From NCBI GenBank assembly GCA_964648415.1, contig CAZYOC010000001.1, positions 1-53,394 on the forward strand: DNA of 53,394 nucleotides, given 5' to 3'. This DNA comes from an uncultured bacterium (lineage in GTDB: Bacteria; Electryoneota; Electryoneia; Electryoneales; Electryoneaceae). Below the pieces are notes generated by a model, which saw only the letters and a list, made by a program, of their open reading frames with translations, searched no databases and was not told where the DNA came from. The translations under genes were made by a program, and so were the position numbers. Of this stretch, positions 1 through 8,486 are shown one piece after another (position 1 is the first letter of the stretch; the number at the start of each line of letters is the position of its first letter).

Positions 1-4
1 GGAT

Positions 5-56
5 CCCAGCCCCCGATCACAACATTCGAGGGCAGGCTCTTCGCTGGGATGAGATA
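5..56 (+). repeat. ~52-nt element also present in direct orientation at 53228-53279
   Basis: ccagcccccgatcacaacattcgagggcaggctcttcgctgggatgagata versus ccagctcccgttcatagcattcgagggcgggctcttcgctgaaatgagaga, with about 8 mismatches. Confidence 0.8.
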
Positions 57-58
57 CC

Positions 59-96
59 TCTCACATTCTGCGACAGTCTGGAAGGCGGGAATCCAG
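59..96. repeat. degenerate REP family 1 copy
   Basis: TCTCACATTCTGCG...CGGGAATCCAG shares flanks and arm remnants with 53148-53176 but has an enlarged loop. Confidence 0.5.
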
Positions 97-216
97 TAAG
101 AGCGAAAATTCAAGTATATCAACAAGGCTCATATTGTTGAGAGCGAGTATGAAATGATTAGCTTTTGTTAACTGGTCAGGAATTAAGAATTGAGGGCGGT
201 AGGGCTTTTGGAATCG

Positions 217-251
217 TTCTTAATTCTTAATTCTTAATTCTTAATTCTTAA
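217..251 (+). repeat. (TTCTTAA)x5 perfect tandem heptamer abutting the ffh start region
   Basis: Read directly: copies at 217-223, 224-230, 231-237, 238-244 and 245-251. The inverted partner GAATTAAGAATT at 180-191 can pair with AATTCTTAATTC within the array. Confidence 0.9.
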
Positions 252-263
252 TTGGATCAAGAG

Positions 264-1592
264 TTGTTTGGTGAGCTTCAAGACAAGTTAGACGGTTTTT
301 TCAAGAAGCTTCGCGGCCGGGGCAAGTTGACGGAGAAGGATGTCAAGGAAGCCCTGCGGGAAGTGCGGCGGATTCTGCTCGAAGCCGACGTGAACTTCAA
401 GGTCGCCAAGACTTTTTTGAAGAAAGTCGAAGAGCGCGCCGTCGGCGAGGAGGTGATCAAATCGGTCACTCCCGCGCAGCAGGTGGTCAAGATCCTGCAC
501 GACGAGCTCACCCAACTGCTGGGCGGCAACTGGAGCCAACTGCGCCGCAGCAAAGAGCCGCCCACGGTGTACCTGATGGTGGGCCTGCAGGGCAGCGGAA
601 AGACCACCAGCTCGGGCAAGCTGGCGCTCTACCTGAAGAAGCGCGGCATGCGTCCCCTGCTGGCGGCCTGCGACATGCAGCGCCCCGCGGCCATCGACCA
701 GCTCGAACGAGTGGGCGAACAAGCCGGCGTTGAGGTCGTCGTCGACCGTAGCAGCACACCGTTGAAAGTGGCGCTGGAAGCCAAGCGGAAGGCTTCGGTA
801 GAAGGCCTCGACACGCTGATTGTCGATACCGCAGGCCGGCTGCACGTCGACGAAGCCCTGATGGACGAGCTGTCCGAGATCAAGGAGCAGCTCAAACCGT
901 CGGAAGTGCTGTTCGTGGCGGACGGGATGACCGGGCAGGACGCGGTCAACTCGGCGAAGGCGTTCAACGAACGGCTGGGTGTGTCGGGCGTCGTTCTGAC
1001 GAAGATGGATGGCGACGCGCGCGGCGGCGCGGCGCTCAGTATCCGGGAAGTCACCGGCGAACCGATCCGGTTTGTCGGCGTGGGGGAAAAGCTCGACGAG
1101 ATCGAAGAATTTCACCCTGACCGGATGGCCAACCGTATCCTGGGCATGGGCGACGTGGTGTCGCTGGTGGAAAAAGCTCAGGAGTCGATGGATTTAGAGA
1201 AAACGGTCAAGCTGGCGGACAAGCTGAAGAAGCAGCAGTTTGACCTGGAAGACTTTCTGGATCAACTTCACCAGATCTCCAAGATGGGGCCGGTGGAGAA
1301 CCTCTTGAAGATGATTCCCGGCATGGGAAAGCAGCTCAAGGGGGTCGAGGTGGACCCGAAGGAGATGAAGCATGTGGAGGCGATCATCCTGTCGATGACG
1401 CCGGAAGAGCGCCGCAAGCCGAACATCATCAACGGCAGCCGGCGTAAGCGCATCGCGAAGGGTAGCGGAACCAAAGTGCAGGATGTGAACCGCCTGCTCA
1501 ACCAGTTCCAGCAGATGCAGAAGATGATGAAGAGAATGGGCAAGATGGGCAAGAAAGGAATGCCTGCGGGATTCGGCCCCTTGCCGGGATAG
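264..1592 (+). CDS. ffh: signal recognition particle protein Ffh
   Basis: ORF 252..1592. From TTG 264 the product starts MFGELQDKL, matching the canonical Ffh N-terminus (E. coli MFDNLTDRL). GTPase motifs GLQGSGKTT, DTAGR and TKMDGDARGG are present, and the C-terminal M domain is Met-rich (QQMQKMMKRMGKMGKKGM). TTG 252 is an alternative start. Confidence 0.95.
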   Translation: MFGELQDKLDGFFKKLRGRGKLTEKDVKEALREVRRILLEADVNFKVAKTFLKKVEERAVGEEVIKSVTPAQQVVKILHDELTQLLGGNWSQLRRSKEPPTVYLMVGLQGSGKTTSSGKLALYLKKRGMRPLLAACDMQRPAAIDQLERVGEQAGVEVVVDRSSTPLKVALEAKRKASVEGLDTLIVDTAGRLHVDEALMDELSEIKEQLKPSEVLFVADGMTGQDAVNSAKAFNERLGVSGVVLTKMDGDARGGAALSIREVTGEPIRFVGVGEKLDEIEEFHPDRMANRILGMGDVVSLVEKAQESMDLEKTVKLADKLKKQQFDLEDFLDQLHQISKMGPVENLLKMIPGMGKQLKGVEVDPKEMKHVEAIILSMTPEERRKPNIINGSRRKRIAKGSGTKVQDVNRLLNQFQQMQKMMKRMGKMGKKGMPAGFGPLPG

Positions 1593-1606
1593 AGGAGTAA
1601 ACAGAC

Positions 1607-2530
1607 GTGGCAGTTAAGCTGAGATTGACCCGTTTGGGTCGGAAAAAGCGGCCGTACTACCGGATCGTGGCGTTGGACGGCCGGAAACGGCGTGACGGGA
1701 AGTACCTGGAAAAGATCGGTCTGTATGATCCGCTGAGCCGTCCGGCAAAGGTCGAGATCGACTACGAGCTGGCGTTGAAGTGGCTGAACAATGGCGCGCA
1801 GCCCTCAGACACCGTGCGCAGCCTGTTCCGGCGTGAAGGCGTGATGCTGCGTTGGGACATGACCAAACGCGGCTTCGACGCGGAAAAGATCGAGCAGGCG
1901 GTGGAAGAGTTGCGCCAGCGCCATTACGGCACGCTGAACAAGGAAAAGCCGAAGCCGACCGAGAAGCCGGAATTCGACGCGACCCCGCCGGAACCGGAAG
2001 AAAAACCGGCCAAAAAGGAAGCGAAGAAGGACGACGCGAAGGCCGAAGCCAAGGCTGACGAGAAGAAGGCGGACGAGGCGAAGAAAGAGGACAAGAAGGA
2101 AGACAAGCCCTCTGACGACGCCACGAAGGACGCCAAGCCTGAGGCAAAGGCGGAAGAGAAAAAAGAAGACAAACCCGCCGAAGCCAAGGCTGACGAGAAG
2201 GCCGACGAGAAGAAGGCGGACGAGGCGAAGAAAGAGGACAAGAAGGAAGACAAGCCCTCTGACGACGCCACGAAGGACGCCAAGCCTGAGGCAAAGGCGG
2301 AAGAGAAAAAAGAAGACAAACCCGCCGAAGCCAAGGCTGACGAGAAGGCCGACGAGAAGAAGGCGGACGAGGCGAAGAAAGAGGACAAGAAGGAAGACAA
2401 GCCCTCTGACGACGCCACGAAGGACGCCGGGCCTGAGGTAAAGGCGGAAGAGAAGAAAGAAGAGAAACCCGCCGAAGCCAAGGCTGACGAGAAGGCCGAC
2501 GAGAAGCAGGAAGACAAGAAGGCCGAGTAA
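1607..2530 (+). CDS. rpsP: 30S ribosomal protein S16 with ~220-aa Lys/Glu/Asp/Ala-rich repetitive C-terminal extension
   Basis: GTG start. The first ~85 aa (MAVKLRLTRLGRKKRPYYRIVALDGRKRRDGKYLEKIGLYDP...) are canonical S16. The gene sits in the conserved position after ffh. The rest is a low-complexity tail containing 49-aa tandem units. Confidence 0.9.
   Translation: MAVKLRLTRLGRKKRPYYRIVALDGRKRRDGKYLEKIGLYDPLSRPAKVEIDYELALKWLNNGAQPSDTVRSLFRREGVMLRWDMTKRGFDAEKIEQAVEELRQRHYGTLNKEKPKPTEKPEFDATPPEPEEKPAKKEAKKDDAKAEAKADEKKADEAKKEDKKEDKPSDDATKDAKPEAKAEEKKEDKPAEAKADEKADEKKADEAKKEDKKEDKPSDDATKDAKPEAKAEEKKEDKPAEAKADEKADEKKADEAKKEDKKEDKPSDDATKDAGPEVKAEEKKEEKPAEAKADEKADEKQEDKKAE
2042..2506 (+). repeat. 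147-nt (49-aa) tandem repeat inside rpsP, 3 copies plus a partial fourth
   Basis: Units start at 2042 (lacks 12 nt), 2177, 2324 and 2471 (partial). Copies 1 and 2 are identical apart from the 12-nt indel. Copy 3 differs at about 5 positions. Confidence 0.9.
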
Positions 2531-2536
2531 GCGGTG

Positions 2537-2800
2537 ATGGATGACGCCGCCCTGTTGGCTGACCTGGTCGAGCTTATCGTCAAGCATCTTGTCGAACGCC
2601 CCGAAGAGGTGGGCTCGTCTGCCGAGACCCATGGCGACCGGATTAAAATCCTGGTCAGCGTGGCCGAGGGCGAGCAGGGACGTGTGATCGGCAAAGATGG
2701 CCGTACCATTCACGCCATCCGTCAGATCGCCATGATGGCGGCGGCGCGACGGGGCCGGAGGGTCACGGTGGATCTCGCGAAGGAACCGTCCGATGGCTGA
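2537..2800 (+). CDS. KH-domain RNA-binding protein (UPF0109/YlqC-like)
   Basis: ~88-aa ORF with a KH GxxG loop context (RVIGKDGRTIHAIRQI). It occupies the conserved slot between rpsP and rimM. GTG 2534 is an alternative start. Confidence 0.8.
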   Translation: MDDAALLADLVELIVKHLVERPEEVGSSAETHGDRIKILVSVAEGEQGRVIGKDGRTIHAIRQIAMMAAARRGRRVTVDLAKEPSDG

Positions 2801-3323
2801 ACCGATCTGCCCGCCGGCCGGCCGCCGCTTGTTGATTGGCATTATCGGCCGGGTCCGTGGGCTGCGAGGCGATTTGAAGATCGCGCCGCAAACCTGGGAC
2901 ATCACCCGCTTTGAGGAGCTGGAGGGTGTCTGGGTGGACAAGCCCGACGAACCGCCCCGCTACATGACGTTCAAGCGGATGCGGATCGAGGCCGGTTCGG
3001 TCTTTATCCGGTTCAACGAAGCGCCCCTGCGGGATCTCGCCGCACCCCTCGTGGGAGCGGAGCTGTTTATTGACACCGCCCAGCGGCTCGAGCTGCTCGA
3101 CGATATGTATTACGTGGACGATGTCATCGGCTGCTCGGTCGTTGATGAGGAGCAGGGCGAGATCGGCACGTTGACCGGCGTGATCGACCAGGCCGCGCAG
3201 GACATCTGGCAGGTCGAAGGCGAGCAGGGCGAAGTGCTGATCCCGGTGGTGCGGGAGTTCATCCGTGAGATGGACCTGGAGGCGAAGCGCATTCGTGTCG
3301 CCTTGCCGCCGGGATTGCTGTAG
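2793..3323 (+). CDS. rimM: 16S rRNA processing protein RimM
   Basis: N-terminal LLIGIIGRVRGLRGDLKI motif and a PRC-barrel-like C-terminal half (GEVLIPVVREFIREMDLEAKRIRV). It overlaps the upstream KH gene by 8 nt. Synteny is conserved. Confidence 0.9.
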   Translation: MAEPICPPAGRRLLIGIIGRVRGLRGDLKIAPQTWDITRFEELEGVWVDKPDEPPRYMTFKRMRIEAGSVFIRFNEAPLRDLAAPLVGAELFIDTAQRLELLDDMYYVDDVIGCSVVDEEQGEIGTLTGVIDQAAQDIWQVEGEQGEVLIPVVREFIREMDLEAKRIRVALPPGLL

Positions 3324-3407
3324 CCCGAACATGCTTGCCCGGGGATGAACTGAAGTGTCGGGCCAAATTTGTCTGTCAACTTGAGCACATGGCCGGTGGG
3401 CCGAGGT

Positions 3408-3434
3408 GTCATTCCTGCGAAAGCAGGAATCCAG
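3408..3434. repeat. REP-like hairpin family 1 (GTCATTCCTGC-GAAA-GCAGGAATCCAG)
   Basis: Perfect 8-bp stem ATTCCTGC/GCAGGAAT with a GAAA loop. The identical copy is at 48043-48070. Confidence 0.85.
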
Positions 3435-3440
3435 AAGTGC

Positions 3441-3464
3441 AGGACCGGCGCCCTCGCCGGTCGA
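3441..3464. repeat. REP-like hairpin family 2 (AGGACCGGCG-CCCT-CGCCGGTCG)
   Basis: 8-bp stem GACCGGCG/CGCCGGTC. The paralogous copy is at 4827-4850. Confidence 0.8.
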
Positions 3465-3480
3465 GTGACTATTGATGGTC

Positions 3481-3564
3481 CTGTCAGATCGTGAACGAAG
3501 TGGAGATCTGACAGCGCTGAGTTTCTGTGTCAGGTCTCCGCAAACAACGCTAACGACCTGACAC
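3481..3564. repeat. tandem pair of related hairpins upstream of trmD
   Basis: CTGTCAGATC-N14-GATCTGACAG (3481-3514) and GTGTCAGGTC-N18-GACCTGACAC (3527-3564). Both arm differences between the two hairpins are compensated. Confidence 0.8.
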
Positions 3565-3597
3565 GACTGTAGAAACAAACGAAGGGAACCAGAGCCC

Positions 3598-4302
3598 ATG
3601 CGGATTGAAATCGTGACTCTGTTTCCCGACGGCGTCCGCGCCATGCTGAACGAGTCGATGACCGCTCGCGCGCAACGGTTCGGCGTGGCGGACATCGAGG
3701 TAATCAACCTGCGGGACTTCGCCACCGACAAGCACAAGACGGTGGACGATAAACCGTTCGGCGGCGGACCCGGCATGGTATTGAAAGCGCAGCCGATGGC
3801 GGATGCGTTGCGCTATTTGAAAGACCAGCGTCCCGAACCGCAGCCCCTGGTGCTGTACACGAGCCCGCAGGGCGATATGTTCGACCAGGCGATAGCGGAG
3901 GAGCTGGCGACCCACGAGCGGATCATCCTGCTCTGCGGCCATTACAAGGGCCTCGACCAGCGTGCGATTGACACGCTGGTGGACCGGGAAGTCAGCATCG
4001 GCGACTACATCCTGACCGGCGGCGAGCCGGCGGCGGCGGTGATCACCGATGCGGTGGTGCGGCTCCTGCCGGGCGTGTTGCACGATCCGGAGTCGGCCGA
4101 GGGCGACAGCTTTACCCGTGGCCTGCTGGACCATCCGCATTACACCCAGCCCCAGGAATGGGAGGGGCTGACGGTCCCGGAGGTGCTGGTCAGCGGCCAT
4201 CACGCGAAGATCGACGAGTGGCGGTTGGCGCAGGCGGAGGAGCGAACGAAAGCGTTGCGGCCCGAGCTGTACGAGCGGTGGTGCTTGAAAAACAGGAAGT
4301 AA
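3598..4302 (+). CDS. trmD: tRNA (guanine37-N1)-methyltransferase TrmD
   Basis: MRIEIVTLFPD N-terminus, GGGPGMVL motif, and SIGDYILTGGEPAA knot motif typical of TrmD. Synteny with rimM and rplS. Confidence 0.95.
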   Translation: MRIEIVTLFPDGVRAMLNESMTARAQRFGVADIEVINLRDFATDKHKTVDDKPFGGGPGMVLKAQPMADALRYLKDQRPEPQPLVLYTSPQGDMFDQAIAEELATHERIILLCGHYKGLDQRAIDTLVDREVSIGDYILTGGEPAAAVITDAVVRLLPGVLHDPESAEGDSFTRGLLDHPHYTQPQEWEGLTVPEVLVSGHHAKIDEWRLAQAEERTKALRPELYERWCLKNRK

Positions 4303-4403
4303 AGAGAGCGGACGAGGCTCTCGTTTGCAGATAGTTGTAGCATCTGGCGGTGTAGTTGCATACATTGGCGCGTTCTACGAAAACCTAACGATACGGTGTA
4401 GTC

Positions 4404-4760
4404 ATGTCGGACCAGATCATTCAAGAACTGAACCGCCGGGACCTGAAGGACGATCTCCCTGAATTCGGCCCTGGCGATACGGTAGATGTTCATGTGCGGA
4501 TTGTGGAAGGCGGCAAGGAACGCATCCAGGTGTTCCGCGGCACGGTGATTTCCCGCAAGGGCGGGAAGACCGGCAACGCGAGCTTCACGGTACGCAAGGT
4601 GTCGAGCGGGATTGGCGTGGAACGTGTGTTCCCGTTGCACTCCCCTTCCATCGCCAAGATCGAACGGCTGCGGGAAGGCCGCGTCCGTCGCGCCAAGATC
4701 TACTACCTGCGCGACCGGATCGGCAAGGCGGCGCGGATCAAGGACCGGAATCGGGTGTAG
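4404..4760 (+). CDS. rplS: 50S ribosomal protein L19
   Basis: 118 aa. [30 protein letters not shown] and [12 protein letters not shown] are typical L19 segments. Conserved position after trmD. Confidence 0.95.
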   Translation: MSDQIIQELNRRDLKDDLPEFGPGDTVDVHVRIVEGGKERIQVFRGTVISRKGGKTGNASFTVRKVSSGIGVERVFPLHSPSIAKIERLREGRVRRAKIYYLRDRIGKAARIKDRNRV

Positions 4761-4826
4761 TTGGCGGTCGGATGCAACTGGCGGTCGGCAGGATGAACGC
4801 CCGCTTCTATCACATTCAACAAGTTT

Positions 4827-4850
4827 AGGACCGACGCCCTCGTCGGTCGC
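4827..4850. repeat. REP-like hairpin family 2, compensated variant (AGGACCGACG-CCCT-CGTCGGTCG)
   Basis: G>A in the left arm is matched by C>T in the right arm relative to 3441-3464. A further GC hairpin CACGGGCG-TCC-CGCCCGTG follows at 4858-4876. Confidence 0.8.
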
Positions 4851-4932
4851 AGCGTAGCACGGGCGTCCCGCCCGTGGGATGAAACCCGAGAGCCAGCTCT
4901 CTGGTCCGCATCTACAGAGTCAGACACAGATC

Positions 4933-4969
4933 AAGCCTGCTTCCCCGTAGGGAGGCAGGCTTGTTGTAT
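4933..4969 (+). terminator. candidate intrinsic terminator after the rplS operon
   Basis: 13-bp stem (one G-U pair) AAGCCTGCTTCCC / GGGAGGCAGGCTT with a CGTA loop, followed by GTTGTAT. It lies between the convergent genes rplS (+) and the CDS at 5011 (-). Confidence 0.55.
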
Positions 4970-5010
4970 GAGGCGCACGTGTGTCTGCTCCCCTCCGTTT
5001 TCTCCCCCGC

Positions 5011-8000
5011 TCACTTGATCAGGAAGCATTTCCGGATGGCGACTTCACCTCCGGCCTCAAGTTTGAAGAAGTAGATACCTGAAGCGAACGATCCGGCGGA
5101 AGCATCCCAGGACACTTCATGTCGTCCCGCATTCACCTTTGTATTGATCAACGTCTCCACCTCACGTCCCAGGATATCCACGACAGTCAACGTCACCCTT
5201 GCTGCGTGTGGAAGGCCGAACGCGATCCGGGTAGAGGGGTTGAACGGGTTAGGGTAGGCGGATTCCAGGGTAAACTCAGATGCTGATGGATCGGTTTCAT
5301 TCACAGATGAGGTCCGGATAGTATCAAAATACGCCTGTGCATAGATGCTCTCATAATCGTACCACCGAAAGGCCGGTGTAAACCCGCTCCAGGCGACCAG
5401 CAGACTGTTGTCCGCCATGGGAACGGCATCGAGCACGGGATGGTCCCAGCTGGTAGCATGATAGGGCTGCTGGGTTACATAGCTCGATATCAGGGTGGGC
5501 TGGGAAACATAGGCGGAATCCTCAGTTTCATGTTCAGCGATCACGTGAACCCACTGCGCCGCTGAATACTTCGTGCTGTCACGATCCACCCAGACACAAT
5601 ACACCCCACCATCTCCATCATCGACCAGGACTGGATTGGCCGAATGTTGCCTGAATCCGTCTGAGATTGGGATGTCAACCTCATACACCAGGGTTATGCC
5701 ACTGTAGTCATATTTCTTGATGGTCATTCCATTTGCACTCGCACCCAGCATCCAGAAATCTGTCCCGCTCTGGCAGCCGGCCACTTTCCAGAGGTTAGGA
5801 TTCGGGTCCTCGATTTCACCTAGTGCGATGTCGGGAATGCCATACCCATCCGCAAAGTAACGAAGACCATCCCGTGTTAATCGCTTGGATGTAATAGCAG
5901 CCCACTGATTGTTTGCGCAAGCAAAAAAAAGGAATACCACTTCATCCTCTCGTGTAGGGACAGCGATGAAGGGGTCGGTTGAATCTGAGCTTTCTGCTAA
6001 ATATTCCGGCTCCTCCCATTGCATTTCGCCATTTTCATCGAACAGGTAGGCGAAATAGCCTGTTTCAGCGCGGGGGGGATTGAAATCAGCGATGATCGCC
6101 AGGACCGCATTGTCATCAAATGTGTGCAGGAAACTCCTCACCGGGTAGCAGGTTCCGTTACCAAAAGGCACTCCCGGCTCACCACCCGTTGTCCACAATG
6201 GCTCACCGGAAGCACTGAAGCGCTGCAGCACCTTGGTGGAATTGTCCACATTGCTGCCCCGCTGGTAGAGGATATACCCTCCTCCATCGGAGTGGGGCGA
6301 CATCGCCATATAGCTGGGCCAGTTGGGCAGCGTTTCGTCCAGTAACGCGCCTGTTTCGCCAAACAGCAACTCCCCATTTTCGTCTACCTTCTGCACACGG
6401 AGATCGGTTACCTGGTGATCGCCATCGTGGTTGATGATCCCGGCCAGCACTCCCCCATTTCCATCCGCAACGAGGTCATAGTGCTTGCAGAACAGGGCGT
6501 GGTCCATTTCCGTCATATACGCGTCATCATCCAAAAGCGGGATACCATTGGCTTCCCACAGGGGGGAACCGTCAGCCGGGTTCAGTTTCTGGAGATAGGG
6601 AATCGTGCGAGACCCATGGACTGTATACGTTCTGTTGCGATTGTCTTTCCAGCCAACGTACAGGTTACCGTCAGAATTGACTACTTGAGGAGTAACAGCA
6701 GCGAAATCAACCCCGTGATTGAGGATGACCGGCTCGTCGCAGCAGACCTCACCCTCTCTGGTCACGACCTGGAACTTGATCTTGCTCTCCTTATCGCCTG
6801 TTTCCAGCCAGGCGACTCCGATATGCTCTTGATCCATCATCGAGAGAGCCAGCGTCAGTTTATTGGTGAGGTCTTCAGCGATTACCACGCCTGCGGAATC
6901 TTCCCACATGCCTCCCTCAGATCCAACTTTCTGAAGGTGCAACACCTCATAGAAATCAGTGTCGGGTTCGCCGGCATTGATCCTGTACATGGAAGTACGC
7001 AGGTGAAAGAATCCACCAGACGGATCCTGCAGAAAGACCGGTCGAAAGGTGTCCTCATGCAAATCAGGAAAGATGCTCATCCCGCCATCCGGTTCCCATT
7101 CGGGTACAAGGCTCTGTGGTGCAATGGAATAGCGTTGCGCAACCAGGGTTGTCCAATCTGGTGGCGAGCTGTTCATGGATACGATTACATCATCGTCAAA
7201 CTCACCGTCCCCGGCATGGAAAACCTGGTTGCAGAGACGGTTTTCACCGAATTCACAATCCTCCAAGCTATATGTACCATCCGCATTGATCACATCCATC
7301 ATATTGCTGTTTGGCTGGCCCTGTTGACCACGAATCACAACACACTTGTTATCAGGAGTGAACGTAAAGCTTCGCATGCCGGACCGGTTTACAGAACCGC
7401 CCCATTGACTCTCTCCGGAGGAATCAATCCAGTTGAGAAGGCTGGTCAAGTCACACCATCCAATGATGGCGCCCCCGGCATTGTCACCCATCAACTTTAT
7501 ACGATTTTCATTTTGAAACGTGTAGGGTGAATAGTTCTCAAAAGCGCAGATGCCATTGTCTGTCCATTGAGACTCCCCGGCACTGTTCATCCGTTGAAGA
7601 TAGACGTTCGAAGGCCCGTAGAAGCTATTCCCCTCAACATGATCATAGTCGCGGTAATCGCACCAGGCGATAATGGCACCACCGTCACCGTCGGGTATGA
7701 TTTCTGGTATGTATTGATAGCCCTCAGCGTTGCAGATGACCAACCCGTCCTGCCATTGGAGGGTACCGTCGGATGTGATTCTCTGTATGTGAATATCATT
7801 TTCCCAGGGTGCGTCTCCTTCCTGTTCCCATACGATGGTCCAGGTATCTTCCCCTGTGTATGCTACGGTCGGGTTTAGCTTGTGGGCGTCGGCACTCGAG
7901 AGCAGAATACCCTCAGATTGCCAATAAGTGACACCCTGGTTGTCAACGAGTTGAGCACGGATATCCAGGTAGGCATTTCGAGAACGGTCAAGCCAGACTA

Positions 8001-8175
8001 CAAGGGCATGTCCCTGTCCATTCCCTGTGATTGACAGGCCGTGTTCGGGATAGAATTTTTCCTGACGCAGGTCCACACCAGTATCTGGATGCCACAGCGA
8101 GTATTCCGCATACAAACCGGTAGAAAAGCACAGAGTAAGGATGGAAACGAGGGAGAGCCGGGCCAGCACATGCAT
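5011..8175 (-). CDS. secreted repeat protein (beta-propeller-like periodicity) with T9SS C-terminal sorting domain
   Basis: ATG at 8175 gives the signal peptide MHVLARLSLVSILTLCFSTGLYAE. The C-terminus AYPNPFNPSTRIAFGLPHAARVTLTVVDILGREV...GIYFFKLEAGGEVAIRKCFLIK matches the T9SS CTD pattern. The ORF track extends to a TTG at 8316, which is judged unlikely. Confidence 0.8.
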   Translation of the reverse strand: MHVLARLSLVSILTLCFSTGLYAEYSLWHPDTGVDLRQEKFYPEHGLSITGNGQGHALVVWLDRSRNAYLDIRAQLVDNQGVTYWQSEGILLSSADAHKLNPTVAYTGEDTWTIVWEQEGDAPWENDIHIQRITSDGTLQWQDGLVICNAEGYQYIPEIIPDGDGGAIIAWCDYRDYDHVEGNSFYGPSNVYLQRMNSAGESQWTDNGICAFENYSPYTFQNENRIKLMGDNAGGAIIGWCDLTSLLNWIDSSGESQWGGSVNRSGMRSFTFTPDNKCVVIRGQQGQPNSNMMDVINADGTYSLEDCEFGENRLCNQVFHAGDGEFDDDVIVSMNSSPPDWTTLVAQRYSIAPQSLVPEWEPDGGMSIFPDLHEDTFRPVFLQDPSGGFFHLRTSMYRINAGEPDTDFYEVLHLQKVGSEGGMWEDSAGVVIAEDLTNKLTLALSMMDQEHIGVAWLETGDKESKIKFQVVTREGEVCCDEPVILNHGVDFAAVTPQVVNSDGNLYVGWKDNRNRTYTVHGSRTIPYLQKLNPADGSPLWEANGIPLLDDDAYMTEMDHALFCKHYDLVADGNGGVLAGIINHDGDHQVTDLRVQKVDENGELLFGETGALLDETLPNWPSYMAMSPHSDGGGYILYQRGSNVDNSTKVLQRFSASGEPLWTTGGEPGVPFGNGTCYPVRSFLHTFDDNAVLAIIADFNPPRAETGYFAYLFDENGEMQWEEPEYLAESSDSTDPFIAVPTREDEVVFLFFACANNQWAAITSKRLTRDGLRYFADGYGIPDIALGEIEDPNPNLWKVAGCQSGTDFWMLGASANGMTIKKYDYSGITLVYEVDIPISDGFRQHSANPVLVDDGDGGVYCVWVDRDSTKYSAAQWVHVIAEHETEDSAYVSQPTLISSYVTQQPYHATSWDHPVLDAVPMADNSLLVAWSGFTPAFRWYDYESIYAQAYFDTIRTSSVNETDPSASEFTLESAYPNPFNPSTRIAFGLPHAARVTLTVVDILGREVETLINTKVNAGRHEVSWDASAGSFASGIYFFKLEAGGEVAIRKCFLIK

Positions 8176-8486
8176 GTCACACTCCGCGATCAAAACTGAG
8201 CGGGGATGCTCATCAATCGGGAATATAGTCATTCTCGAATTTATTCCGTCATCTTCCTTGGCAGAGAGGCAGCAGTCTAGAGTGTCGGTGTAGTCCCTGT
8301 GGGAAGACTGAGTCAAAGTATTTTCACCCCAGCAGGATGGAACAAATAGCTTATGAGCGCATGACGGATTAATAATGGGAATGGCTATACATCTTTTTAA
8401 TATGCGAAGAACGGGGGATCAATGCAACCCGGACTTGTTGCAGTAAAGGTTGCAGTCCCTTTCCCCAGTGGCATTTTCCCACCAGC

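Noticed and set aside
217-251. The heptamer microsatellite as a phase-variation switch for ffh.
   Set aside because: ffh and the downstream ribosomal genes are essential, so ON/OFF switching is implausible. It is kept only as a possible regulatory or structural element.
1614-2941. Long minus-strand ORFs (226, 261 and 378 aa) across the rpsP repeat region.
   Set aside because: They mirror the tandem repeat (Leu/Phe/Ser/Arg-rich reverse translation) and overlap well-supported conserved genes.
8176-8316. 47-codon upstream extension (TTG 8316) of the cargo gene at 5011.
   Set aside because: The extension lacks signal-peptide character. ATG 8175 yields a textbook signal peptide.
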